Shown here one piece after another: positions 24,438 through 39,100 of a stretch of 64,000 nucleotides of DNA (the stretch's first letter is position 1; each line of letters starts with the position of its first letter). Source of the DNA: Amoebophrya sp. A120 (taxonomy: Eukaryota; Protista; Dinoflagellata); the NCBI GenBank assembly GCA_905178155.1, contig CAJINV010000001.1, forward strand, positions 13,590,702 to 13,654,701. The letters are read 5' to 3'. The notes below the pieces were generated by a model that searched no databases, was not told where the DNA came from, and worked only from the letters and a program-made list of their open reading frames with translations. The position numbers were made by a program, and so were the translations under genes.

Positions 24438-25172
24438 GCCAGAGCGCGATGAAGCTGCCGAAAGTTAATCGAGCTACCTGTAGTTGTTGTACATCTGATA
24501 ACCTCGGAAGTAGGAACAACGACACAGCGGCGCATATTTTAGCTCTACCCCTTGAGAAACGAACACAGCGACACTATCACTCACGGCATTGCTCACGAAC
24601 CGAAATGTCACATGTGACATCACAAAAGACGCGACGAAAGACAAAACACATGAAATAATGCACCTTCATGGAATCGTGGTTCACTGGCTCAGTTGCGACC
24701 TGATGGAGTCCAAATTTTTCTCGAAGCGAAGCGCAGCGCGAGCCTCTATAAATGGACAAAGTTCTTAGCATTTACTGCTACAGCAAAATACGGAATTCAA
24801 TACTGCGTCCGAAAGCAGTCGGTCAGAATTGACTTGCTACAGCTCTAGAGCTCCTCTCAACTTTGGATCAGTAACGCGATCGCTAAATCCTATGAATTGC
24901 TTCTTTGCTTCAATCGCAATTCTTGCATGATGCCAATACAGGACCTCAGAGATGCGCCTAGATATTTTTTATAGTAAATCAGAAGTTTATAGATTTTATT
25001 CGCGAGTAGTCATTTGTTTTTGTCCCCTAACATCATTTTTCATCCGGATAATTGAAGTTATCCGTCCTGCTATTGCTTTTCCTTTTCACCATCTGCTTTT
25101 TCTAAATGGCGGTCTCTTACCCCGACGATACGCTGCGAATCGTTTTAGAAAGTCGAAGAAGCGAGAAGAACC

Positions 25173-26177
25173 ATGCCAGAGTATTGGCCGTGGGGTTACG
25201 AAGAGGACTTATTTGAAAGGCGAGCGGCAATCATGTTTTCGTCGCGGTTGAATTCCAAGCTTTCCAACCGCGTCGCCGGCCCGGCAGAAACGGATAAGCA
25301 GTACCAGCACCAAATCACCCGGGACGTACCCCGAGCAAAGAAGAAGCCGAAGTTTAGCTTCAGAGATAGAAAAAACTCCTCAGATGAGGATTCGGAAGCG
25401 GAAGACGAAACCAATGACCCACTAACAGCAGCCTCTCGCGGAAGTACAACAACCAAACCGCAGAAAATTCGGCGCATTGCGCACGTGGAGGGGCACTATG
25501 CGACGTTCGCGTTCTTCGACTGCGCCGACCTACCGTGGTTGCCGTTCATGCAGAGACAGTGCGCGAAGCGGCTGCAGGACGCGCAGGGGCCGGACGGGGA
25601 CTTGGTGGGGAGAATCGAGAATCCGCACATCAGCGTGTCCCCGTTGGTGATGATTCGGTACCAGTTCATTGACACGTTGATCAACCGCGCGAAGGAGCTG
25701 GTGAAGAAGCACACGAAGGGCCCCTTCACCGTGCAGTTCCACCCGAAGGGGGACATTTTCGCCAACATGGACCACAACCGGTGGTTCGGCGCGCTGCCGC
25801 TGAAGGGGCAGCAGGGGATCGACCAGGTCACGCGGTACTCCATGATTCTAGAGCGGATGTTCGAGCACTACGACGCCACGGACCACACGCAGCCTCTGGA
25901 AAAGGGGCAGACCAACATCGAGACGCAGATCGAGAAGGCCAGCACGGTGCAGCCGGCGTTGTGGAAGGAACCGCGGCCGCACCTGTCCCTCGCGTGGTGT
26001 CTGACGCAACCGGAAAACCTGCCCACCGGGGGCGGTCACGCGGATTTTGGGCCGAACTGCTGGCCGGGCATCCTCGGAGACCTGCCCGTTCCGGTCACGG
26101 AGGGAGACGGACTGGAAATGAAGGTGGACACGCTCGTGGTGCAGGTCGGGAATCGATTTACGAAGATTCCGCTGTGA
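25173..26177 (+). CDS. USB1: U6 snRNA phosphodiesterase USB1-like (2H phosphoesterase)
   Basis: RRIAHVEGHYATFAF resembles USB1 RxFPHxxGNWATxVY. Two HxS motifs (PHISVS, PHLSLAW) and a C-terminal VGNR. Confidence 0.8.
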   Translation: MPEYWPWGYEEDLFERRAAIMFSSRLNSKLSNRVAGPAETDKQYQHQITRDVPRAKKKPKFSFRDRKNSSDEDSEAEDETNDPLTAASRGSTTTKPQKIRRIAHVEGHYATFAFFDCADLPWLPFMQRQCAKRLQDAQGPDGDLVGRIENPHISVSPLVMIRYQFIDTLINRAKELVKKHTKGPFTVQFHPKGDIFANMDHNRWFGALPLKGQQGIDQVTRYSMILERMFEHYDATDHTQPLEKGQTNIETQIEKASTVQPALWKEPRPHLSLAWCLTQPENLPTGGGHADFGPNCWPGILGDLPVPVTEGDGLEMKVDTLVVQVGNRFTKIPL

Positions 26178-26820
26178 TGAACGAGTAAAAGCGGAAGATT
26201 TTTATACACCACTCCGTAGTAGTTGTTTCAGCCCAAATTGATGTGAAAAAACGGCTCAAGAAGTTATAATTGCTGGTCTGCAATACAGCAAAGGCGAAAT
26301 TTTCATCCCCAATCATTTCAACAGCGACAGTTTCTTTTTCTTTGTCGATCAAGCGCGCGCCCCGTTTGTATCGAGTCAATCTAACAACTTCGAATAATTC
26401 CGTAAGACCCGTTGCCGGCTCCAGCTTGATTCAGGTCCGGGACATCCGCGGATGCTGTGTTCCTTGACCTTCTGACGAAAAAGATGAATTGTCGATGCTA
26501 TCATGCATGCCGATTGGTGGTGATGATAAGGAGCACGTCAGATGCTGTGGAAACTGTACATAGTACCTTGAACAACTAGAAAGCAGGTTACAGTTTTCTG
26601 CTGGAATCGTCTTTCTCTCTTTTGCGCTTGTTGGTTTTGGTTTTCGTCTTTCGTGTCGGATGGAAAAGATCATAGTGCCGCCGTAAGAAGTTAAGAAGAT
26701 AAGACTTCAACACTTTTCTTTTCTCTGTTGATAGGCAAAGTGGCTGCATGTGTAGTGGGAGAACATCAAGTAGAGGCGCGCGTTTTGTAGACTCCTAGGT
26801 TCGCAAAGCGCGGGGGCATT

Positions 26821-28041
<1,221 letters not shown>

Positions 28042-28473
28042 AGGGGCTACTTGCGCGGAGAAATGCACCTTGTGAAGAAGAGTTGCGCACTATTGGTTTA
28101 TTATGAGATCTAAGGTTTTCGTAAGGAAATAGTTGATCGTCAATTGTGGGAGTTGTCTATAGTCGGTTTCGTATCCGGGGCTGTGAGCATCCGGTCACCA
28201 CACTCACATTTTGTTGAAAAGCGACTTTCACGTTCGCCCTTCGGCTTTTGCCTTCGGCATTGTGGCAGCTCCTTTTCGCGCGTTTGGTCAGCAAACGCTG
28301 CTCCGACGCGCCTCTCGTCGTCCCGGTTTCTTCTCTTGTATGTTTGTCGATTGCGATGTCGTTGGGCGTTAGCATGTCCGCTGCGCACACACGACAGGGC
28401 AGTCGCTGGCGACAGTGCCAGCACCTCTCGTTCAGTTGTTGGACAGAGTACCTCATTGGTGGTAGCAGCAAGT

Positions 28474-29350
28474 ATGCATGTGAAGTCGTGTCCCGAACAC
28501 ACTTGGCGTAAGACTACCGCATGTATGTGTTCTATGGCTCTTGGCTAAGACATGGCATGCTACATGTTGATCTTGACATCACACATGTTCACATGGTTAG
28601 ACATTCGTACTGCGTACCGGGATCATACGATGTCTGTTACAAGAGCGAAAAAAGATCTTTTAGAGCTCTTACAGTTTTGCCGTGCGTCAGAGACAACAGT
28701 AATACGAATTTGGTCGTCCAACAAGATGGTCGTTTCTCTGTCCGCAGCGGATCTTCCGCAGTTGCAACGCATTATGTCTGCTTGCTCCAACGACGTCTCG
28801 CTACACACACCTGTGTGGTGTGCGCTGGTATACGGCAGCCGCACCCTGGAGTCGGTGGCCAACATTGTGGAATCGCACGCCTTGCGCATGCAAGCAGCGG
28901 GTCCGAAAGTGGTCATCGAAGCGAATAATGACCCGATGACCACAGTTGCCGCCGTGGAGGCCATGCGCCGCACAATTACTGAGTCTCACGACCTGACAGT
29001 GAACACTTTGATGGTACGTTTTTTTCCTTTTGCGATACGCATGACTGCATGACGCTCGACGATACCGCATGATACAACCCATCAAATTGTCTCAGGAATC
29101 GGTGCAGACGGTGCTGCCGGGGACGAAACCCTGCGCCAAATTCAAGCAAATGCTCTGGGAGATTCCGGTGGTGATCCCGCCGCAGTTCGCGGCCGCCAAG
29201 GCTTGGAATCCCAAATTCAAGGAATGGGTCCACGGCACAGCCCCGATCCAGCAGACTGGTTTGGTGCGCCTGCTGATGGACCGCAACGTGGCGAAAATGT
29301 TCGAAGACACAAATGCTAGTGTTAGCACTACGAGTACTTCCGCAAGCTAA
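28474..29350 (+). CDS. Unknown protein, possibly an accessory gene of the retroelement
   Basis: Phase-consistent GT-AG introns 28523..28600 and 29014..29095 join three ORF segments. No recognisable domain. Confidence 0.45.
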
Positions 29351-29632
29351 TTTTCCCACAGATTCGTGTCGTTACAAGACGTATTTGTCTTTATGATTTA
29401 GACGAACCAGTCTAACTTTCAGGACAATTCTGAACACGAATTCAACTTTTTTAAAAATCCTGAACACGAATTACTGGCACTACCATCTTGACCTGTCAAC
29501 GCAATGGTGTTCGAGATTTTCGTTTTCTTTGGTTTGAGTTTTTCGTTTCTTTTGTTTGATCCAGATCCTGTGTTGTATCTCACGCCGTTGCGTATAGATT
29601 GCTTAAGCCGCCGTGCAAGCCACAGCGAAATC

Positions 29633-31326
29633 ATGTCAAGATGCGTAATCTGTTACGACGACAGCGTAGTCGACGCTGACAGAGAGCTATGGTGCACAGA
29701 AGTCGCTTGCGCGAACAAGCACTGCATCTGCTCCACCTGCTACTCCAGCAAAGGAGGTGTCATCCTGATAGCCGAATTCGGAGCCTGGGACCAGTCCACA
29801 AAGTGTGGCAAGTGCAAAGCATGCGCCAGATCCAAGACAGTTGCGAATTCAGCAAAAGTGAAAGATAGAATCGACCAACGAGCAGGAACTGCAGCCGTTA
29901 CGGAGCAAGTCATCGCAGCTTTCCCTTGGTACGCCCAATTCGCCGCTACGTCGGTAGAGACAAAGTCGAAGTACTACGACATTCTGAAAAGGCCGCCGAT
30001 ACGCCGCTCCCAAAAGATTGAGAAAGATCAAGGAAAGTACATGATGAAGCTGTTCGGCCAGTGCCTGGCCAACACCAACCAAGCAGCTCAGGTACTCTTT
30101 TTTGCTTTGTAGCACAGCAGACTATGATTGCCTTGGAAATACAGCATGACAATTTCTTCATCGTTATCACCACAGGACTTCATCGACAGCACGAACATGC
30201 AAGAGATTCCGAAGTGTTCGTGGAAGACGATGATTCTCCCGCCGGAGGGATCGCTGTTGGAACTCAAGCAATACTTGCAAACCTTGATCGACTTGTTTCC
30301 GTCCGAGGATTGGATCATTCTGGCCCGATATTTCTTGTGGCCCGTGACCTTCTACGAAAAAAAGTCAGCCGCCCTGACCAAAAACTCCGTGGCCAAGAAG
30401 AATTTGTCCTTGAATTACAATTATCAACTGTACAGACAATTTCCTTTTCATGTTGCTCTCGTCCTGACTCGTGATACACAAGCAAATATCCATGCAGACC
30501 ACCACATAATTCTCATGCGATTGTTCGCTAGGTAATCACAAAAATTACAAAAACCAGGTATTTTTTCATCAAAGACTTTGCGGCCGCCCTCAAAAACAAG
30601 TACGTTGCGTCCGCGGTCGACGAGGCTTTTTATAACCTCGAATACGCCTGTGCAATGACACAGGCGGCTTGCGATAATTTATGCAAGCCCAGTATTATGC
30701 AGCGCATGATGCAGATGGGCGGAAGCTTCATGTCGATGATCGCAGGAGGCAGCGGCAGGAACGCCTTCCCCGAGCTGGGACAGAACCCCACGGGCAACAA
30801 CGCGATCCAGCAAAAGAATCAGCAGCTGTACAACGAGATCAACCGTATCATGACCGAGGCACCGCGCACCACCGCAGGAGCATACGCTGCGATGGAAACG
30901 GCGAAAGCCAAGAGCGAAGCGATTTTGTCGCAGTGGATGCAGAAAACCCAGAGCTGTGTCAACTGCCTCATGGGCGGCAAAGGTCCAGGAAGCCATCACG
31001 TGGGGAAGAAGATGGGCTTGAAGGCCTGCTCGGACTCGAACAACACGTGCTACATCAAGTGCCCACGCCCGCAGTGCAACGGAGAAGCCCACTGGAACAA
31101 GAGCTGCCCGGTCGTCCTTGCGGGAAAGAACGGGGGTGGCAACCAGCAGTTCGGTGGGAACCAGCAGTTTGGTGGTAACCAAAATTTTCAAAAAGGTCTT
31201 GGTAACAATTTGCTCCGTCCGTTCAATGGAAATGGAGGTCAACCGTTTGCGAAAAGAACCAAAAACAACAATGGTGGAAAAGGGAACAACATTTCTAACA
31301 TTCCTACTTATACCAACCCTTTCTAA
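29633..31326 (+). CDS. Gag-like protein: N-terminal RING-like finger, C-terminal zinc knuckle, N/G/Q-rich tail
   Basis: CVIC...C..KHCICSTC...CGKC at the N-terminus; CVNC and CPRPQCNGEAHWNKSC (CX4CX4HX4C) near the C-terminus. Phase-consistent GT-AG introns at 30092..30175 and 30364..30557. Confidence 0.65.
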
Positions 31327-31616
31327 CATGTTTCAATTTCTTTATCGATAGAAGAATACTTGAGTCAAGGCAGATATAAGCGTCCCCCTTTCCATGACAT
31401 CAATGGAGCTCGACATAGACGGCGACATGTTCTTGAAGTTGTATCACACAGACGAGATCATGGCGAGAGACGAGCGAGTCCTCACCTTTTCCTTTATTTG
31501 CTTTCTTTCGTCGGTTGCCGGTTTTTCGTTTTCCTGTTTGTTGTGTCAGGAGTGCACTTGGCACACACAGATCTCCCAGCAACCTTCACGACAGCCTTGT
31601 AGGTAGTTATTTCACG

Positions 31617-33875
31617 ATGAACAAATTAATTGCAAATGATGCGATAAAAGACGCTCTTGGCCAAGAGGTCAGGCAGCGCGAGTTACACAAAATTGCTGAG
31701 CAAGCGGCGGTAGCAGCATCGCTGAAAGAATTAGCGAACGCTGAAAGGAAATCAAGCAAAAAGCCGATCGTCGCGCCACCACAAGCCGCATCTATCGCCC
31801 CTGCATCATCGAAGCGGAAATCACCTGAGTACTACATCTCTCTGATGGACGCTGTGGAGACAGAGTTAGTGTGTGTGGATGACTGGCACGAGGAGGCTCT
31901 AGAGGATTTCAGCGCAATCGTGCCGTCGTCTGGATTCGTGACTGCCGTCTCTTCACCAGCGTTGGAGCATAAATTCTCGACAACGCTATTCGGAGTTACG
32001 GGAATACTCGAGCACATGGAATTACGGAAAGAGGCGTTGATGAAACCGCTTGTCTCACTAATGTGCATGAACGCCTGGTCTGATGTATCGCTGTGTATCT
32101 CCAGTGCATGCAATTCTTCGCAAGGAGCAGCAGCTGGTTCTGTTACGTCGTCGAGTTCAATTTCATCGAGTGCAACGTCGTCAAGCGACGCCACGTCTGA
32201 CTCCATCGCTATCATATCGAAACCGGGAAACATAGTGCTCACGACTCCCACTCCGTCGATATCGAGTGTTTTACATTTTTACCAGCATGCAAAAGGAAAA
32301 GCTGCTAAGAATTACACGCCAGTTTCTGAAGAAGGTCTCAAGATCGATTTTACAATAAAGGCCGCAATCAGCGAGATTTTCGGTGCCTTCCCGCTTTCTG
32401 ACCAAGCAGCCCAGTTATTAGAATCGGCGACTGCGGACCACGCCAACTCCTCTATAACAGAGGGTACGTCGAGAAGCTATACATCGATCTTGTCGAAGGT
32501 GATCCCAGCCGTCGCTCGTGAATTTGGTTTCATTTTGTGGCCGATAACCACGGATGCCGAGGCATCGCTTCTGTTCGTGACGTTCGCACATGTTCACTCG
32601 GTCCACAGCGCCTACAATAATGAAGATTCGAATCGAATACGGTGGGGCGCTTTTTTACAATTGAGCGCGGCGATAAACGCCTTCAATTCCTCGAGAATCG
32701 AGTTAAGCGGCTACACCACGAAGAACAGAGGCGCTTTCTTCCAGAAGCTATGGAAAGGGTACATTTTATTTGTTTCTCGTGGCTAAAAGTTTGATGATGT
32801 CTTCTCTCAGCATAAATTATGGAACTTCGTCTCGAATCATCACATATTTCCATATCACAGGTTCAAAAAAGAAGCACACCATGGAGCCCCACTGGATGCA
32901 AAGTGGTGTCCGACGACCACCGAGATGCTCGACGCCTACACGACAGAATGGGAGCACTGGCAGCGACACCACAAGCACATGGTAGACAGCGACGGAGATT
33001 TCCAGAAGAAAGTCTTGAGAAACATGTCGTGCAACGATATAGATCTAGTTTTACGACTTCAAAAATTAGCAATAGTTGTCATAGCTTTCTTCTGTGTTAG
33101 GAGGAGCGACGAGGTCAGACTGTTGCGGTTGCGTGATGTAACAATCACCGCGTCACCAGGGTCGGGACCGCAGTACGCAATTTTCGTTTCTCAAGCAAAG
33201 AATGACCAGCTCTCATTCGGCTCAGAAGCCTGGGTGCCAACGCATTTCACAAGAATGATAGCCGATTACCAGCGATTTGCCCGCGCCTTCTTTGACATAG
33301 TACTAGGACAAAAAATGGCCCCCGACGATGCCTTTTTCTTCGTGATAGGGAATGCAAACATTAAAACCAGGGGTGCATTCAAATCTAGCAAAGATGGTAT
33401 TAGGAAAGACATCAAAGCCTTTTTTAGCTACGCCTTGTCAGGAACGGTTCCTGAAAAACCAATTTCGCTGCGCAAAGGAGGGGCAAAGCATTATATTGAA
33501 CATGATGTCTCACGACGTTTAGCTTATTATCAAGGCGGATGGAGGAACAGCTACTGTCTCGATGTGCACTACGCACCTATCTCGAGTATGGAACTAAGAC
33601 AGATGGTAAACAGACACTCGTCCAAAAGCTTAGAAACCTATGCGAATATCGCAAGCCTGAGGGCACTTGACCGCGCTCACACGATATACCTACACGATGA
33701 CGACGCGATCAAATTTTCGCGCGAGGTCGAGAAGGTGGCATGGGACAGAACTTCTTTAGAATCCTTCCAGGAGGAATGCCCTAGGCTTTTCTCTCACGCC
33801 ACGTGCAGCTCTTGCGATGCGGCAGTATACGGAAAAACTTTAGATTTTTTGTCAAAATGTGACGAAGATTCATAA
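31617..33875 (+). CDS. Tyrosine recombinase of DIRS-order type
   Basis: FFCVRRSDEV (R), AKNDQ (K), SLRKGGA (R), QGGWRNS (W) and VHY (Y). GT-AG intron 32759..32860 gives KLWKGFKKEA. Confidence 0.85.
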
Positions 33876-34613
33876 TTAAAAATCTCACACCAAGCATGTA
33901 AACTTCAGCCACGCAGGCTTCTTGCACGACGTGATATGTTGTCCTTGTTTACAGCTACTGACACAGAGCGTCAGCAGTTCAGAGCGCAGGCGCGACGCAG
34001 AGAGAAATATATGCGGTAGCACACGGTGCAAATCAGATCCAAAATTTCATCACCACAAACAATCATTAGCCTAGTACTAGCAGCTCAGCCTCAGTTTACA
34101 GCAGAAATAATGGAACGACCGCTAGGGCATTTGCCGGGATGGCGCTTCTGGTGCTTTGTGACCAAGGTGACCATCCAGAAATGCTGGTTGCTATTAAAGC
34201 GTCTCAGCACCGTACCGCAACTAATGGCACGCGCAGTCTATGATGACGATAGAATGCTCGTGGGCCATTTCTTCCGCAATTTCCGGTCCGCACAGCACTG
34301 GACCTTCCTGGCCAAGTTCTATACGACAACCATACTGCGCGTGATGGTACTTCTAGTTTTGATTCCATAATTTATATGCATCTTTAGGCACAGCGAAAGC
34401 CTTTCATTACCGGACTCTCATGATCAAAAATTCACAAGGTTCCGTATATTCTGATCGAAATCGGCATCATCAACGGGCAATCGCTGATGTACGCATGCAT
34501 TTCTTACGCAGTAGTCCAGCGGGCGGAATCTTGTCGGTATTTGTTGTCATTTCCAAAATTTCAGGGACAATTAATAGAAATCCACATATCCTTCTAGTAC
34601 CGAACGCAATAAA

Positions 34614-35243
34614 ATGGACCTAGGAAATCTCGGCTATTACGAGAAACTGCCGTTGCTTCGGCAGGCAAAGTCGATGCGGTCCATGATTGATGATTTGAGT
34701 ACGAAGGAGCAAAAAAATTCCACCTTTTCGCAAGTTGTCACTTCTTATCGCTGGTGCATGCGCAAAACCCTCCCCAAAAATTGCGATGCCAACGAGTTAC
34801 GCAGCACCTGCAACGTGCTGTTAGACACGCTGGAGGCAATTTGTGCCAAACAAAAATGTCAAGCAAAATTAGCGGAGGGGATGGCGTCTGCGATTGATTC
34901 GCTGTATAGCCACTTGTCGGAAATCTGGAATTATCCGGCCCAGGACGAGGTGATGATGGGACGCAAGTGGGCGTCTGTGCTCCTCGCGCGCCAGTTCGCC
35001 CACACCGCAGTGCAGATCTATCGCACCTACCACAAGCAGTCCTCAGCCGACATCGCGAATTTCTACAACAACGAGAAAAAGAAGTACAAAGAAGCCCGCC
35101 TGAAGCAGTTCAACTTGCGAAAAGAAGGAAAAGCTCTGCATGATGAGAAGAAGGAGGAATTCAAGAAGGAAGATTTGCAGAAACCGACTGTTATGGACTC
35201 GTCCGAGGACGATAGCTCATACCCGTCTTCGGATTCTGACTAA
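34614..35243 (+). CDS. Unknown helical protein/exon within the retroelement
   Basis: 209-aa ORF with coding-like composition and a K/E-rich end. Upstream exons are possible (34026..34345). Confidence 0.5.
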   Translation: MDLGNLGYYEKLPLLRQAKSMRSMIDDLSTKEQKNSTFSQVVTSYRWCMRKTLPKNCDANELRSTCNVLLDTLEAICAKQKCQAKLAEGMASAIDSLYSHLSEIWNYPAQDEVMMGRKWASVLLARQFAHTAVQIYRTYHKQSSADIANFYNNEKKKYKEARLKQFNLRKEGKALHDEKKEEFKKEDLQKPTVMDSSEDDSSYPSSDSD

Positions 35244-35270
35244 ACAACTTTAAAAAAATTTTTTCTTCAG

Positions 35271-35625
35271 TTGTCTTGGACGGATCGTCGGGTCGCAGAT
35301 CGCAGTACGCAACTTCGTCCAGACTAACGGACGACTAATCGCACGCGCCTTGGCTCGATACCTGGAACTGAACCCGGAGCCGTATAATGTTACCTTTCTT
35401 TCCTTTTCGCGCAATGGCACATGTTTTTTGTTTGCATCATGATGATACTGGCATGACAAAAATACTTTATACCACTCGACCAGGTTAGATGACGACTTGC
35501 CACCGAGCAGACACACATCCTCATCGGAAGACGAGCGAGTGGATTCATCATCGGATGATGATTCCGATGCAGAGGTCGTGAACCCGCAAGAAGCCCTTGA
35601 TGTAGTCCACCAGCACTTAGACTGA
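35271..35625 (+). CDS. Two exons of a small acidic-tailed protein within the retroelement (5' end unresolved)
   Basis: RIVGSQIAVRNFVQTNGRLIARALARYLELNPE is joined by GT-AG intron 35382..35482 to PLDDDLPPS...SSSDDDSDAE...HLD*. Confidence 0.4.
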
Positions 35626-36194
35626 TGTGTGCCAATCTCATCGTGAATTTCAAAAATTTTTTTCATCTTGTAGAAACACTTGATTCAACAAGAACGGAAA
35701 ATAGATAGACAAAAACACAGACGACAGAGGACCACGACAGCACGATTGTTCTTCTTTCGTTTTGATCACAATCTGTGCAAGGGCACCGGTTCTTTCAGTA
35801 CTTTGTTGCGTCTTTTCCAATAGTCAGTGTCATTTTGATTTCGTCGTCCGATCCCGCTAACGTCGATTCCAATAAGCTTCTCACACAGTTTCACAGATGT
35901 CGTATACACATGTTTGGTTTGTGAGTGGGCGCAGGTGGCCTCACGAGCGAATATGTTATTTTCAGAAACTGGAGAGAATTGAGCGTAATTTCATGCGCAA
36001 ACTGAGGGGATGCTCAGATGAGATTTTATGTGAAATACAATCAAACTGGCTACAAAAAAATGCGAACCTCCTCTCCACGTCCTCCGCGGACGCACATGAA
36101 GGCCTAGCGGCAGCATGCGCAGACGCAAAATGTCATTTATCTAGGTTTCGGATTTTTGATCTGATCGAAAATGAACGAAAAATGAGATAAAAAG

Positions 36195-39100
36195 ATGCGT
36201 TCGTCACCTCTCGTTATGTTTTGCGGGGTGCAAATAGGCCGCTCAGCGGCATCGCTGCGCGCACAAGATGCTCAGGACAGGAGAGCGACAAAAAGACACA
36301 AATCGCAGCACGCCTCCTTCTGCGGAGCCCAAATAGGAAAGCCACCAAAAGTAGCGGAGCCGGCACAAGAAATTCATCACTGGATAGCACAAGAAAATGC
36401 GGCATCCAACATGAAAGATAAGCCGAGGCCATGCAAGAAGGATCTGCAGAAAGAATATGACGCGTGCTGGGACGACCCCTCGCTGATCTTTCCACAGGAA
36501 GCAGTGGTGACATGGGACAGCTACCTACCGCAGCCGGGAAAAGCGCCACGAAGCCACCAGTGCGACATCGACACCGTAGACCTGTCACGCCTGTTTACAT
36601 GCGGGAATGAGTTCGGCGACCCGTTTAATTTCGCGCCGTACTCCCCCTTCAAAAATGAAGACTACGAGAAGGCGGGTGCACCTCTGACACGAGCAGCAGT
36701 TAGAAAACTGCTGCAAGACCAAGAGGGCCCGAACGACAGGTGGCGCAAAGCAGAGGACGATCAGGCTTTCGCGGGTCTAACGATAAATCCAGAAGAATGC
36801 GTACGGTTTGGACTACAGCCAGAAGTTTTGCTGAAAGCCTGCACGGGGATAAAGTTCCAACAGATCGCAGAGCACCTGGACCCGATAGTATGCGAGAATT
36901 ACCCGGCGGCCAAGCAGAACCCGGAAGTCTACAATAACGAGTTCAAGCGCTTCTTCGAGTGCAAAAAGATCATCCTATACGATGTGAAATCAGAAAAGAA
37001 CGACAAAGGCGAAGATGTGGAAGTGTGCGACTACCCCAGCGACTTGACGTGCGTGCCAGGAAATCTGCTGTTCCAACGCGACGACAAGATTAGGGTAATC
37101 AGTGACTACAGCAGCGAGTGGGCCCTGATAAACCAGTCCATTTTTTCCACCGAGGTAAACTACAAGACCTACTGGGATATGTTTCTGCTGCTGAAGCCGA
37201 ACTCAGTCGGGAGTGGTATCGACTTCATGGACTCCTTCGGCCACTGGTTGGTGCACGCACGTTTTCGCCGCATGCTTGGAATAAATCTCGAAGGGACAGT
37301 ACAAAAAGGAGGACATTTGTACTGTCCTTTTGGCATCGGTATCTCGTGAAAACATTTTTTAACGGATCAGCGAAAATTCTCACAGGCTCCACTATAAACC
37401 TAGCCAGATGCATGTGGTTTTTTGTCGTGCATCAATCCGAAAAAACTGTTTTCACACGCATACCGAGACCAGCACCGGGTGAGAACGATTTCTTCGTGAA
37501 AGCTTTTCTCGCTGCAGCGAAGAGAAACGGAGTATCGTCGCCAGCACTCGACTACGTAGACGACGTGAGATTTATAACCAGCCCGGTCGACGGCAAACCA
37601 CACTTCGATAAAGCCAAGTTCGACCTAGACCGAGCAGTGTACATCCTAACCCGCATGGGCATCAAGATTCACCACAAGGAATCAAAGCTAATACAGCCGT
37701 CAACAATTTTCCCCTGGCTGGGAAACGTTTTCAACACCGACCCGAGGTCGTACAACATCATGCTCGAGCCTAAAAGACGCAAAGAATACCTGCAAGCAGT
37801 GCGAGACTTCAAGCAGGCAGGCAGAAACAAAGAAGCGAAAGCCAGAGACGTAGCCAGCATCAAAGGAAAATTAGGTTCCTGCGCGCTTATCCACCCACGC
37901 GGGCCATTGGACGAGCTGAACAAGTTGCTGGTAGCTTCAACAGCACCGAAGCAGTGGGCGAAGCTGAACAGGCAGTTCAACCCGCCAGTCGAAATCTCGG
38001 ACGCCGCTTTCGAAGACTTGGATTTGTGGGAAGACCTGCTGTCGACCGACCACACAAGACAAATGTTCTTCAACGGCGAGCAGACTTTTATTTGGTCTCA
38101 CGAAGTCTTGGCCTTCGGAAAAGCCTTTTTCGCGTCTTTGGGACCAGAGCTGTTTATCGGTGTCTACATGGACGCTGCAAAAGGCGACATCGAGAACTGC
38201 GAAGACCGAAGAAACAGAGGCTGGGGCGGCACCGTAGCGGAGCACTATTTCCATGGACTCTTCGACGAAAAAGTGCCAGGTAGTTTTGATTTGTTTTTTC
38301 TGGTTTTCACATATACTTGTTGATGTTACATCAAATCTACAAGAATAAAATTCCTTCTATTTCCCACCATCAGATACTGCCAGCATCAACGAGTTAGAGG
38401 CCTTGGCAGTTCAGCACGTGCTAGACGCAGCCAGGGAGAAGTTAGGAGACGCATATTTTCACCAGAAAATAATCCTGATCAAGACCGACAATCCAACGGC
38501 AAAAAGAACCACGAACAAGGGCTCCGCGGCTACGCCGATTCTCAAGAACGTGACGAAAAGCTTGACATCCTTCGCATCCAGCACAGGCACAGAAATAGTC
38601 GCGGCCAAGATCGCGGGCGAAGTGAACATAATCGCCGACGCCCTGTCACGCCACGAAGAGCATTTATTTGCGTTTAAAGATCCCTTTCCGGATAAAACTT
38701 TGTGTAAGCGCTCGTGGAACATTGTGATGCGCGAGATACCGGGTCTGAATGTCGACTGTTTTGCAGATCACCACAACTGGCGTTTCCCGGAATACTACAC
38801 GGCACACAGTCATCCGTTCGATAACTTCGACTTGTTTTATAACAAGCGTTCCTGGTGGTTCCCACCAATACACCTCGCAATAGTAACAGCTCGCTTCCTC
38901 GCCAACTTCCAAAAAATTCCAGTAGCTCAAAGACCACGTTTTGCACTGATGCTGCCGATGATCAACCCCATGTTCTACGACCTGGCGTCCAACTTCGTAC
39001 AGTTCTGCACGTACAAGAAGGGTTCCAAGGTATTTTGCACAGCGCAGTGCCCACTCGTATACGGAGCACACGAAGATTGGACGTTGTTGTTGTCTGTGCA

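Noticed and set aside
25173-26177. USB1 or the cap-enzyme fusion as the excision machinery for the hairpin introns
   Set aside because: Proximity only. Such introns are expected genome-wide, and eukaryotic gene neighbourhood is weak evidence.
29430-29472. ctgaacacgaatt direct repeat as a retroelement terminus
   Set aside because: It is only 13 bp, and I found no matching copy at the other end of the element.
35383-35470. tataa...ttata segment containing GCATGACAA as another introner
   Set aside because: The inverted repeat is minimal, +5 removal leads to a stop, and canonical GT35382..AG35482 explains the junction.
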